A stretch of 64,000 nt of DNA from Macrostomum lignano (Eukaryota), in the NCBI GenBank assembly GCA_002269645.1, contig NIVC01000893.1, positions 1 through 64,000 on the forward strand, written 5' to 3'. The position numbers and the translations under genes are program-made. How positions within the stretch are numbered: position 1 is the stretch's first letter; each line of letters opens with the position of its first letter. Under the pieces are notes generated by a model, which was not told where the DNA came from, ran no database searches, and saw only the letters and a program-made list of their open reading frames with translations. Below are positions 46,430 through 58,891 of this stretch, in pieces.

Positions 46430-47248
46430 CAACAACAAAAACAACAAGGTACTTCTCTTGCCAGCCACGCAGTAGCCAGAAAGGGGGAAGGGGCAGTCAG
46501 AAAGCGTGTCTCTGGGCCATTGCCCTCAGGAAGCATACATGCGCAACCTCCAAAATTCGGTCAGCCATGCAACTTAGTTTTAACAAAAATGCGACGTAGT
46601 TTTTGGCCAAAAATGCGACTTACATGTAATAAAAACTGTAAAGCAAAATTAATGCAACTTTGGGTAAACGGCAGGAGTAAGTATAACTGTTTTATTAGGG
46701 CAAAATGCCTCGTCAGCTACTTAGTAATACTACTTAGGTTTTTTTGGGTGGGCATTTTTGCGACTTCCTTGATTGGCTGCCAAATCGGTCGGCCGGATCG
46801 GCCGACTCGGCCGACTGTTGCGCATGTATGTCAGGAAGTCGCATCCCCCTGCTTGGTCTGGGGTGCCAGCATCACTCAGAAGTCGGTCAGGGTATCGCAC
46901 CGTTCGCCCTTGGCCTTGCCTCTGCAGTCCCTGCAGCTTGAGCAGTAGCACGTCGTGTAGCAGCTCAGGACAGCGGGCCTCCGACTGGATGATGTGGCCA
47001 GCCAGTTGAAGTCGCTGCCCGCATAGCAGGTTAGAAGGCTGCATCAGGCGCGCCCTAGTGTAGAGCGTGGCATTGGTCTCGCTGCCTGGGCCGCTGCGCA
47101 CTCCGAAAGCCACACGCAGCATTGCCGCATGTGCAGCATCCAGCTGCCTCTCCAAGGCGTCCGTCAGGGTTCAAGTCTGGGCGTTGTACAACAGGACAGT
47201 CTTGACAACTGCCTGAAACAGCCGAGCCTTGAGCCCGTCGTCCAACTG
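46430..47248 (-). mobile_element. 5'-truncated RTE/RTEX-like LINE 3' end, interrupted by a MITE
   Basis: ARLFQAVVKTVLLYNA, ERQLDAAHAAMLR, RLQLAGHII, DVLLLKLQG..YPDRLLSDAG; (TTG)n tail near 46430. Confidence 0.85.
46534..46830 (+). mobile_element. CATACATGCGC MITE with 28S-like core, inserted in a LINE
   Basis: TSD TCAGGAAG on both sides. Confidence 0.93.
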
Positions 47249-48964
47249 CAATAAACTAGAATTAAAACTATTTTAGCAATGCTTCAATGAAGATCAATTT
47301 AAAACATATCTTCTTCTATGATATAGATAACATCTTCAAAAGAAGAGACTTTACTTTTATATAAACAAACTAGTTAGTAAAAACAATCAATATTCTACTT
47401 GTTCAGAGTTGTGACCTTGAATTGGCAAAGAACTTATTAAGCAACTGGGACTAATATTATTCTATCTAAGCCAATCATTTATTTTTTAAAGGTACAGAAA
47501 AGGGTACCTAAATACTTTGGAATTGCAATTATTGGTTTAAAATCTTTATAGATATATCCCACAAATTAAATTTAGAATTAAATTGATAGCCATATTTGGA
47601 AATTTAGGCTATTTAAATAAATACTAATAAAAACAGTGGATTTAACTCCTCAACTGAATGAAAAGTTAATGCAAAAGTTGATTGGCTAGGCCTATTTCAC
47701 TTACATTAGTAAGGTTGAAATTCTGCTAGCAATAAAATCTTTTAGCTACTTAGCATAATTTGTATAAACCATAGCATTATTGCAGCTCATAAAAAGAATT
47801 GAATAGTGCCTTTCAATTTTTTACTAGCTTTTAAAGCTATTATCACAATGTCTTTTATGTTGTAAGGCCAATTAAATAATTCTATTTGGTAGATATTTGC
47901 CTATACAATATTTGCTACTTTCAGCCTTTTTTATATTGTAATTATTGTCATCATCTCAGCCACTGTTCTTGTTAGTAATAAAAACAAATGAACTTGTTTA
48001 TAATATAATACTTAAAAATACACAAAAGAAAGAATGCAATATTCTGATATTTGTTTTTTTCTAGAATTAGCATTGAGTAATATTCAAATATATTCTCCCT
48101 TGATCAAATCTATTTGGGTAACATTTTCATTCTTCATCATAAAAAACATTTGTTGTCCTTTGTCACTTATGTATAATACATTGCTTTATTTTCCAAGTTG
48201 GCCTACAATTGAGGATTGTGTCATTTAGAATATTATCTAACAGTGGAAAACAAATATTATCTAACAGTTGAAAACAAAATAAATAAACTAAAAAAAATAA
48301 ATAAATAAATAAATGATCAACATGAATAAGATCTATATCGTTTATTTGAATTTTACAATTTATTTTAAGTATTGAATGGTTGAACAAAGCTAATGCATAT
48401 ATCTCAAGATAATAATTATCAAAAAGTGACTTTGGTAGTTTAAAACCTGGAGTACATATTGATTGAGTATTGACAACAATTTTGATTGGGTAGGATAATG
48501 CACTTTTCATAGTTTCATTCCTATCTAGTTGTTGATAAATACCAATTAAAATATTCTAAGTTGATGCTTGCTTCATTCATTATATGCTGGTTATTTAATG
48601 TTGGTTGTTTTGCTTAAATGTAGAAGGCTTATTCCTTCTTGCAAAAGTCTATAGTGTTAATTCAAATTGGGAGTGTCCAAAAACATGCAATATTTTTGTG
48701 TAACCCTTAAAAATTGGCAAACCTTTTTTGCCAATGCATTTCATCCTAAGTGGATATCATCAGAGCAACTGCTAATGGTTCACCATGGATTACAAATATT
48801 TATTGATAAATATTGAAGCAAGAATTAAAACAATATGTAAACAGTTCTTAAGTCCAAAAGTACAAAAGTCCAAAAGTACAAAAGTACATAGTCCAAGTAC
48901 AGGTCATGTCAGTCCAGCCAGTGTAAAGAAGGCAAATACACCATCAGAGCACTCTGAGCTCATG

Positions 48965-49380
48965 CTCTATCTCCCCTCTGCTCATCAGCTGCACATTAGT
49001 CATGGGCTCAAACACTTTGATGTATAACACTTTGAGCAGTTTAAGTTTAGACTCATTTTTACAGGCATTTACAATATTTTAAACCTTTTTATCATTTCGG
49101 TGTCACAGCACATTTGACAATTTGAGAGGTGGTTTTGGACAGCAGAAGTTTTTAGTCTGTGCTCCTTAGCTCTAGTATGCAGATGCTGTTTGGTCTTTCC
49201 AATATAGGAAACATTCTGATCAACAGAACAGCAAAATTGGTAGATGACACCTGCCTTAAGAGCCAGAGGAATAACTGACTTAGGCAAGTTACTAGGGTAG
49301 CCATTTAACTTAAAAATTTTAGTCAAGGACGCCACGTCTTGGTGAAAAAGGAACCACAAAGTAAAATTAAGCATCAGACC
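48965..49380 (-). mobile_element. Degraded Penelope-like GIY-YIG fragment
   Basis: NGYPSN..AGVIYQFCC..SYIGKTKQHLHTRAKEH; relative of 5712-6110. Confidence 0.82.
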
Positions 49381-49823
49381 AGTGTATCATAGGTTTACAA
49401 TACACTTTCAAACATGAAACATTTCTAGAACAGTGAACTTCCATGTCTAAAAAAGGGATTTTCTTATCTCCACATTCAATAGTGAATATGATATTAGGGT
49501 AAGTGGAATTGATCACTTTCATGTTTCATGTTGCAGTTTAGCAAATGTTTGTAAATAACCATTTTTCAGACAGTGCTTTCTGACCCTTGTGTACAAGTGT
49601 TATTTAGTTTTTTTAATATAAGAAATGCTTTGGTCCTCAGAGCAATTGACTTTTATCCACTGATTGGTAATTATTTTTTATTGACAGTTATTGGACTAGG
49701 CAAGGCACAGTGGCACTAATAGTGATACATAAATACATATCTAAATATTCCTATATTCTTATAGTAATATTAAAAAATAACAATAATTTATCCTAAATTA
49801 TTTTCAATTACTTCAGCTATCCC

Positions 49824-52800
49824 ATGCCTGTTGAACTAAGAGCTGAGCTAACTCAAGGCAGCATATTTCTAGCTGGAGAGCCATTAGTATGCAAGATATG
49901 CATTTCAAATTGTGACCAGACTTATGAGTAAGTTTGTAATAAATTACTTATAATAAATTTACAAAAGTCTGCTTTTTTAACTGACTAGGATAGCAAGAAT
50001 GCAAAATAGAATTCTCCTGGATGAAGCATTTTTATTTAGAAGTGAGAAAAATTCAGCATTTTCCTACGAGCTTTGAGAATTCAGCAATTCCTTCATGAGC
50101 CTTGACAATTCAGCCATTCCCCATGAGCCTTGACAATTCAGCAATTCCTTCATGAGCCTTGACAATTCAGCAATTCCTTCATGAGCCTTGACAATTCAAC
50201 AATTCCTTCATGAGCCTTGACAACTCAGCAATTCCCCATGAGCCTTGACAATTCAGCCATTCCCATGAGCCTTGACAATTCAGCAATTCCTTAATGAGCC
50301 TTGACAATTCAGCAATTCCTTCATGAGCCTTGACAATTCAGCAATTCCTTCATGAGCCTTGACAACTCAGCAATTCCCCATGAGCCTTGACAATTCAGCC
50401 ATTCCCATGAGCCTTGACAATTCAGCAATTCCTTAATGAGCCTTGACAATTTAGCAATTCCTTCATGAGCCTTGACAATTCAGCAATTCCTTCATGAGCC
50501 TTGACAACTCAGCAATTCCCCATGAGCCTTGACAATTCAGCCATTCCCATGAGCCTTGACAATTCAGCAATTCCTTCATGAGCCTTGACAGTTCAGCAAT
50601 TCCCATGAGCCTTGACAATTCAGCAATTCCCATGAGCCTTGACAATTCAGCAATTCCCATGAGCCTTGACAATTCAGCAATTCCCATGAGCCTTGACAAT
50701 TCAGCAATTCCCCATGAGCCTTGCCATTCCCATGAGCCTTGACAATTCAGCAATTCCCCATGAGCCTTGCCATTCCCATGAGCCTTGACAATTCAGCAAT
50801 TCCCATGAGCCTTGACAATTCAGCAATTCCTTCATGAGCCTTGAAAGTTCAGCAATTCCCATGAGCCTTGACAATTCAGCAATTCCCATGAGCCTTGACA
50901 ATTCAGCAATTCTCATGAGCCTTGACAATTCAGCAATTCCCCATGAGCCTTGACAATTCAGCCATTCCCCATGAGCCTTGACAATTCAGCAATTCCCCAT
51001 GAGCCTTGACAATTCACCCATTTCCCATGAGCCTTGACAATTCAGCAATTCCTTCATGAGCCTTGACAATTCAGCAATTCCCATGAGCCTTGACAATTCA
51101 GCCATTCCCCATGAGCCTTGACAATTCAGCAATTCCCATGAGCCTTGACAATTCAGCCATTCCCCATGAGCCTTGACAATTCAGCAATTCCCCATGAGCC
51201 TTGACAATTCAGCCATTTCCCATGAGCCTTGACAATTCAGCAATTCCCATGAGCCTTGACAATTCAGCCATTCCCCATGAGCCTTGACAATTCAGCCATT
51301 CCCCATGAGCCTTGACAATTCAGCAATTCCCATGAGCATGAGCCTTGACAATTCAGCCATTCCCCATGAGCCTTGACAATTCAGCAATTCCCATGAGCCT
51401 TGACAATTCAGCAATTCCTTTATGAGCCTTGACAATTCAGCGATTCCCCATGAGTCTGTTCCCCATAAGCCATATGTTATCAAATTCCCTAGGAGTCTCG
51501 TGGGCTGAACTCTAACCCGATAATCCAATGACAAATGACAGGAGTCCAATGCTGGCATGGGCCAGTGTACAGCTTATTTGCATGTGCTCAATAACTAAAG
51601 CGCCTGCAAAAGCATCTCAAGCAGTTAATGGCGAGACCTCATTCATAGCTAATCGTGGCGAAACAGGCTTTACTTACATATCAACTAAGCCAAGCATACT
51701 GTTCTGCAATTTGGTGCTGCGGCCCGGCGAGTCAAAGTTCTGTAAGTACTATGGTGCAATCCAGTGGTAACTGGTACTTTTATATTATCTATCTGTATGC
51801 TGCTAGAGCCATGCTGATCTTGTTATTTGTGCTTTGCAAACATAATCAACTCTACATATAACTACAAGTAGTCTAGAGCAGTTATCATATTGATCTGATT
51901 AATTATTGGAAAAGCTCTGTTTGAGTTAACAGGCTTGTAGCCTAGTGGTAAGAGCGTCGGACTCATGACTGAAAGGTCGGAGGTTCGATTCTCGACTCAC
52001 TCAGAACAATTTGTGCCCTTGGGCAAGACACTTAACTCTGCATTGCTTCAGTTCACCCAGCTGTAAATTTGGTACAAGCATTAGCTGGGGTAATTGAGGG
52101 TGTGTGTGTGTGTGGCGACACCCCTGCCATTCTTTGGACTAAATAGTCGTAGGCAGCTGCGGCTGAGCTGTTGGTTGTACATCTGTTGCCCATTTAGTAC
52201 AGACACAAGTTTTATAATTAGACGCTGAAGTGTCTGGCTTTCCCGCTAATGTATAAACGTTTTTAACGACTGAAACGACTGTTGAGTCACGCGCGCATCA
52301 CGAGTCAGAGTTGTAGAATCGTAAAATAGTTGCGAAAAAATCGTCCATGAGTCGTTGTGTTAGCGCTTAACTTTCTACTGACTCGAGTAGACTAAATAGA
52401 GTTGTTATAAACGCAAAATGCGATTCTAATTCATTAAGGGACGCGGATACACTTAAGACGCAACGCAATTGACTCTGGGAACGCTTCTTGGCTGCTAGGT
52501 ACCGTTTCATAGAAGCTCTGGGGCCGGCAGAAGAGGCGTCACTTTTCACTTGATCACCTCTTCACGCCCCCCCTCGCAGACGAATACGAGGAGTCGCTGC
52601 CCTGGGACGCTCCGCCCAGCCATCGAGGCGCGGGAATTCGCTACTCCTACAAGCTGGTGTTGGGCGTGAGCTCGTTGCTAGGCAAAACCCAGCTGCTTCG
52701 GTTGCCATTTCGTGTACTGTCTGTGCACGGAATCAAACGGATTGACCAAACCCTGAGCACTGGCGATGATGGAGGCGCCGCGTCTCAGGCTAATAAAGCC

Positions 52801-53557
52801 AATCCGTTTGTTGATTGGCATCCGGCCAATACTGATGAAGCATCTCAGGTGCGTTTAATTGTCACTTGATCTTTAATAGTTGTTATTTAGCATTTATTAG
52901 TACTATGGTGTCCAGATAGTCATAAAGTTAATTTAACTACCAGCACTACCCATCGCGCAGGAGGAGACCATCCTTGCCCAGATATCGGCCATCACAGGCT
53001 CCAAGTGCCTGAGCGGCTACAACATTTGCAACTCGCAGGGCGGCCGTGTCACCCGGTTTAGCCTATTCAAAACCGCTTATAAGCTTGGCGAAAACGTACT
53101 GGGCGTATTCGACTTTGCCGACTGTACAGCCCAGTGCCTGGACGTGAAAGTGTCGCTACAGAGTGTGGAAACTGTGTACCAGACGGAGGACAGCGGAGAA
53201 CGCAAACCGGTTGCCTATCATACCTGTACTCACGCTGTTGAACAGCTGGCCGCATTGGATCTGCAAGCTGCTCAGTTATTGTTGCATCTCAAGCCCAGTC
53301 TAACCCCCAGTTTTGCTACTAGGCACGCTGATTTAGCCTGGAAGCTGGCATTCGAATTTGCCACCCTACGTCAGCCAATTAACGATCGGCCGGCCCCGCT
53401 GCAGCCGTTGGCAACTCTATGGCAACCGCCAGCCACTGTGGCCACCGAGCACTTTGAATGGGAATTGCCCATCACTGTGTACGCTTGCAGTCCTCAGGCT
53501 ATCACTGCGTCTAGCGTGTCTGCCTACGCCCCCAGCTGTTCCATTGTGCTGGCTTGA
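49824..53557 (+). CDS. RGP1: RAB6A-GEF complex partner protein 2 (RGP1), about 389 aa, 4 coding exons
   Basis: Exons 49824-49927, 51542-51741, 52580-52848, 52961-53557 with matching phases; AELTQGSIFLAGEPL, LAWASVQL, ILFCNLVLRPGESK, PPSHRG..YSYKL, FKTAYKLGE, WKLAFEF, FEWELPITV. Confidence 0.93.
50080..51452. repeat. 27-29-bp minisatellite (ATGAGCCTTGACAATTCAGCAATTCCCC) filling RGP1 intron 1
   Basis: Roughly 48 highly similar units with length variants. Confidence 0.96.
51931..52195 (+). mobile_element. tRNA-derived SINE, third copy, in RGP1 intron 2
   Basis: A and B boxes plus the shared central domain. Confidence 0.87.
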
Positions 53558-53616
53558 AACTGTCCATGTCTCACGGCTGCAGATTTTTTATCGGGTGTCC
53601 TTGCATGACTCACTCT

Positions 53617-53948
53617 TCTGGGGCAGAGATCCCTCACTACTCTGGGGCAGAGATCCCTCACTACTCTGGGGCAGAGATCCTCACTACTCTGGGGCAGAGA
53701 TCCCTCACTACTCTGGGGCAGAGATCCCTCACTACTCTGGGGCAGAGATCCCTCACTACTCTGGGGCAGAGATCCCTCACTATTCTGGGGCAGAGATCCT
53801 CACTACTCTGGGGCAGAGATCCCTCACTACTCTGGGGCAGAGATCCCTCACTACTCTGGGGCAGAGATCCCTCACTACTCTGGGGCAGAGATCCCTCACT
53901 ACTCTGGGGCAGAGATCCCTCACTACTCTGGGGTAGGGATCCCTCACT
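53617..53948 (+). repeat. 24-bp tandem array (CTCTGGGGCAGAGATCCCTCACTA) 60 bp after the RGP1 stop
   Basis: About 14 near-identical units. Confidence 0.95.
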
Positions 53949-54519
53949 ATTCTTCCAATATCCATATCTAAAAAATAGTTTGTATGTATGTAGCTATGTG
54001 ATAGATTTTAGTAGTCCAGATGCTATCCACTTTTGCCTTAAAGGAATGCTATGTTTCTCTTATAATTTGCTTTTTTCTAGTCTGATCTTTAATATTTTAA
54101 AAATTGTCGACTATTATTAATTTATTCAATATTTAGGATGCTTAAACATTCTGTAGTGCACTGGATTCTGTCAGCTAATGTCTGTTGAGCTACTCTTTAT
54201 TGCCAAATGAATAATTAACTAAACTCAGTCGATCACCAGCATAGAGCTTTATTTAATTTCAATATGCTCCTCTCAAATGTATATAGCTAATTTGAACGTT
54301 TTTTGCTTGTTGTTAAGCATGGTGAATGGAAACAATAAATATTGACTACTTATAGTAGCCCAATAAGCCGTTGATTTACCTGTATTTGACCAAATTGAAC
54401 AAATAAAGACTAATTCTGTGTTACTGTTTTCCAGCAGAAGCTTTCGATTCTTATTTTTAAAGACCCATACACAGTTCGGGAATGTGCATGTAACCTAGCC
54501 TTGCAGTGGACTAGAATTG

Positions 54520-55255
54520 ACCCGCAGTCATCAGACTGCATATGACCCATATAGACTGCCACACTGCATGACCCGCAGTCATCAGACTGCATATGACCCA
54601 TAAACACTGCCACACTGCATGACCCGCAGTCATCAGACTGCATATGACCCATAAACACTGCCACACTGCATGACCCGCAGTCATCAGACTGCATATGACC
54701 CATAAACACTGCCACACTGCATGACCCGCAGTCATCAGACTGCATATGACCCATAAACACTGCCACACTGCATGACCCGCAGTCATCAGACTGCATATGA
54801 CCCATAAACACTGCCACACTGCATGACCCGCAGTCATCAGACTGCATATGACCCATATAGACTGCCACACTGCATGACCCGCAGTCATCAGATTGCATAT
54901 GACCCATATAGACTGCCACACTGCATGACCTTCGGATGGCATATGACCCAAACAGACTGTCACACTGCATGACCTTCGGATTGCATATGACCCAAACAGA
55001 CTGTCACACTGCATGACCTTCGGATTGCATATGACCCAAACAGACTGTCACACTGCATGACCTTCGGATGGCATATGACCCAAATAGACTGTCACACTAC
55101 ATGACCCGCAGTCATCAGACTGCATATGACCCAAACAGACTGTCACACTGCATGACCTTCGGATTGCATATGACTCAAATAGACTGTCACACTACATGAC
55201 CCGCAGTCATCAGACTGCATATGACCCATATAGACTGCCACACTGCATGACCCAC
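54520..55255. repeat. Mixed 51-bp / 44-bp minisatellite
   Basis: 51-bp unit contains GCAGTC-ATCA-GACTGC; 44-bp variant carries CCTTCGG at that position. Confidence 0.93.
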
Positions 55256-55373
55256 AGGGGATCTATATCTATTGTAATGTTAGTCTTCAGTTTGACAGAT
55301 TTCAATCATAAAGTACTTTTGCCATTGTTAATTTATCGAGAATTTTAACTTCAGGCTTCTTCCTCTCTATCAG

Positions 55374-55714
55374 CTGAGAGTCTTGACCGCGAGGAGGACA
55401 GCAGCGACATTCCGGCGACTGTCCCGACGGTGGCCAATCGGCCTGATGCTGCTTGTGCTGGCGGTTCCCAGCCAACTGGTTCAGTGAGGCTCCGCAGTGC
55501 AGCTGTGTCAGCCATGTACCAGAGGCACTCCAGCGCCGACCTGCTGCTGGGAGCATCGGCTCCTGGCGGCGCCAGCTGTCAGCAGCTGCCACTGTTCGGC
55601 GGCGCCACCCGTCGTCGGGATCATTCAACGTCGCCTTGCCGGCCTCAGCACCAGCCGCTGCAGCAGGAGCAGCAACAACAGCATCGCAGACTGAAATTCA
55701 GCTCCGGCTGCAGT

Positions 55715-55746
<32 letters not shown>

Positions 55747-56789
55747 GTTGTTGCATCTAAAAGCCAAGCGCAGAATTCGCGGTGATCATCACCATCACCA
55801 TCATAACAGGCGTGTAGCCATGCGTTGTGCGTCACCTTTGGCGCCGACGCAGAGCACTGCCGTGTAAGTCAATTTGCCTCGGAAGGGAATTTCTCAGTCA
55901 GGTGAAAGTCTCACGGCAAATTTCTTGGCCAGGTAAAAGTCTCGCGGAGAATTTCTCGGTCAGATAAGTTTCACGGGGGAATTCGACTGTAAAATAAGTC
56001 TCACAGGGAATTCGTCGGTCAGATAAGTTTCACGGGGGAATTCGACTGTAAAATAAGTCTCACATGGAATTTGTCGGTCAGATAAGTCTCACGGGGAATT
56101 TCTCGGCCAGGTAAAAGTCTCGCCGAGAATTTCCCGGTCAGATAAGTCTCACGGGGAATTTTTCGATCAAATAAGTCTCACAGGGAATTTCTCAGCCGAT
56201 AAAAGTCTAGCAGGGGAATTTACACGCGCACTCAGGTGCACGCGAGTGCCCAGAAGCTGCATCTGAGCTCATGTTTCGCACCTGAAAATTCCTCATTAGC
56301 AGCAGCAACGGCTCCTCCAGGCTGCCACCCCGCCGGCCGCCCAGCCAATCCGATCCAGACGGCGCCGACTGCGAGGACAACCGCGACTGCGACGACGATG
56401 ATAATGACGAAGAGGACGAAGAAGACTGCGATGAAGCAGACGAGGATGTCGACTGCGGCTTCGGCCTGATGCGACATTCGTCGGAGCCGCCGCCGCCGCC
56501 GTCGTCGGACGATCGCGACGACGAGAACGCAGCAGCGGCAACAGTCAAGACTGGCGACTCTGCCGCAGCGGCGGTCGACGAGGCCGAGGCGATGGGTGAA
56601 TGCGGCTGCTGCTGCCATCATCATCATCTGCGTCGGAGACGCCTGCGGCGGAGGCCGGGCGGCGGCGGCGGATTCAGCGGCAGTGTGGAGCTGGTGTGGC
56701 GACTGCGGCAGATGGTGACAGACCGGGACAGGCGAATCAGATCGTTGGAACGCCAGCTGAGCGAGCTGAGGGCACTCGCTGATGGGTGA
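55374..56789 (+). CDS. Last two exons of an uncharacterised low-complexity protein with C-terminal coiled coil
   Basis: Exons 55374-55863 and 56300-56789 join in phase 2; poly-Q/H and acidic tracts, ending ELVWRLRQMVTDRDRRIRSLERQLSELRA. Possible upstream exon 54435-54489; start not found. Confidence 0.6.
55880..56210. repeat. About 30-bp intronic minisatellite (GGAATTT.TCGGTCAGATAAGTCTCACGG)
   Basis: About 11 degenerate units. Confidence 0.85.
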
Positions 56790-56804
56790 TTTGATCACAC
56801 TCAC

Positions 56805-57295
56805 AAACCCTAAGCTTCATCACAAACCCAAAGCTTCATCACAGACCCTAAGCTTCATCACAAACCCAAAGCTTCATCACAAACAATAAGCTTTATCACA
56901 AGCCCTAAGCTTCATCACAAACACTCAGCTTCACCACAAACCATAAGCTTCATCGAAACCCTGAGCTTCATTATAAAAGCTAAGCTTCATGACACCTCAG
57001 CTTCATCTCAAAAATCTAAGCTTCATCACAAATCATAATCATCACCAATCCTAATCATCATCGCCAATCCTAATCATCATCGCCAATCCTAATCATTATT
57101 GCCAATCCTAATCATCATCACCAATTCTAATCATCATCAGCAACCTAATCATCATCACCAATCCTAATCATCATCATATCCTATCCTAATCTTCATCACA
57201 AAACCTAAGCTTCATCACAAACCTAAGCTTCATCACAACCCTAAGCTTCATAACACCTTAGCTTCATCCCTAAAATCTAAGCTTCATCACAAAAC
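56805..57295 (+). repeat. 18-20-bp tandem arrays (CACAAACCCTAAGCTTCAT; CATCATCACCAATCCTAAT) directly after a stop codon
   Basis: Begins about 16 bp after TGA 56789. Confidence 0.88.
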
Positions 57296-58891
57296 CCACA
57301 CTTTAAGCTATTTGTTTTAAAAAACAAAAGTCATTAAGCTCTAAATTTTTCCTGAGGAAAAAATACTTGCCTGTTAACTATTTAAGTTTTGTATCTCGAT
57401 TACACTTTTTTCGGTATTCGCGACCTCGGTTATTATTTCAATTTGTTGATTTGCTTAACATTCTCTGGCCATTATTAAGTGTGTATTGTATTACTGCCGG
57501 AAAAATTATTTAACATACTGATATTCTGTATTGGTTTTATACTGCTTTATTTGCACAGAGCTGCTACTTTGTGCACATATTACTTACTAAGTAGTCTCAG
57601 TGCACCCACTTATAGTTTTAGATTTTTTGTTTATTTTGAATTTATTTCGCATTTATTACTTCAACTTAAAATCGTCTTAAATAACAGCTTTGTAACGTGT
57701 TATTTGCTTCAATCTTTATGCACACTGCGATACACATTGAATTTATATTAGAACTTCTTTAAGTTCATTAGTCATATTTTTCTATTCATTAGATGCTATA
57801 TTTTATTAGTAACCGTTCCACTAATCGATCAGTTTATATTAATTATAGACTATTTTTTCTTCACTAAATCCAATAAAAGAGATTATGCAATATTCATAAA
57901 TTCTTGTACGCATGTCTTGTAGCTTGAATAGCATAATAATATTCCTGTTCTGCAATTTGCTTGCTGCATAGCATACTGTTGTTGTCGAGCATAACGCTGG
58001 CAGGTTGTTTCTACTGCTTGCACTTCAATGTGCCGTGACAGTCAAGTTGTCATCAAAATGCTTGATATATTTTACATGATATATTAAAATTACACTATTT
58101 TATTTACCTAAAAGTACACACATTTTATACAATTATAAATATCTTATACTATTGGTTTTTCTTCTGTTATTCAAGTTTACATTGTGTGTAGTTTCTCAGA
58201 GAAAGAACCTTATTACACCTACAGAACTTGCCTCTTTATTATCCTTGGCTACAAGCTGTACCCTCGAACTAAAAAGTGAGTCTGTGATTAGCCTCTAACA
58301 GTAAATGCAAGTGCTGTAAATGTATATGTACATGTACATGAGCAAGGTGTAAATAAGATGTTTTGAGGTGTACATGTATATACGTACATGTAAATGTAAT
58401 GTGGTCTGTTACACACTTCGCAGTTTTGATATCCTGTTCAGTTATTTTGAACATGCAAACTAAAATGGTTCTAAACATGTAGTTACTTTAAGTTTATAGG
58501 TTGGAACTATTAGAAATAAAATAAATAGACAGACAGCACAGCACGGCTCGTTGGAACAATTAAGGATTTGTAGGACCAATTGTCCCAGTTAAGATACTGA
58601 AAGTAAGTCAATTGAAACGCTAAAGCTTCGCTTGCTTTAAAATATTTTTTCTGAGACGAGTCTCGACTTTCAAGCTAGGTATTTACAAACTTTTTTATAC
58701 TACATAAAACTTGAGATTTTTAAATGTAAAAATTTCTTCGAAAAGCCTAAATCACGATTTGACGTCTTCATTCAAGACTCAAGTGCATTGACCAGTGACC
58801 ACCATTGCCAAATAATAAAACGATACAAAGCCTTTCATAAATTGTATAAGCTTTATTGTTAGTTCCTTTTCAGTTGACCTGCTACTTAAAC

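Noticed and set aside
50080-55255. CRISPR-like arrays
   Set aside because: Units are head-to-tail with no unique spacers, there are no cas genes, and the context is eukaryotic.
56207-56804. Minus-strand ORFs of 81-190 aa (also 55302-55628)
   Set aside because: Shadow frames of GC-rich + strand exons that have proper splice sites.
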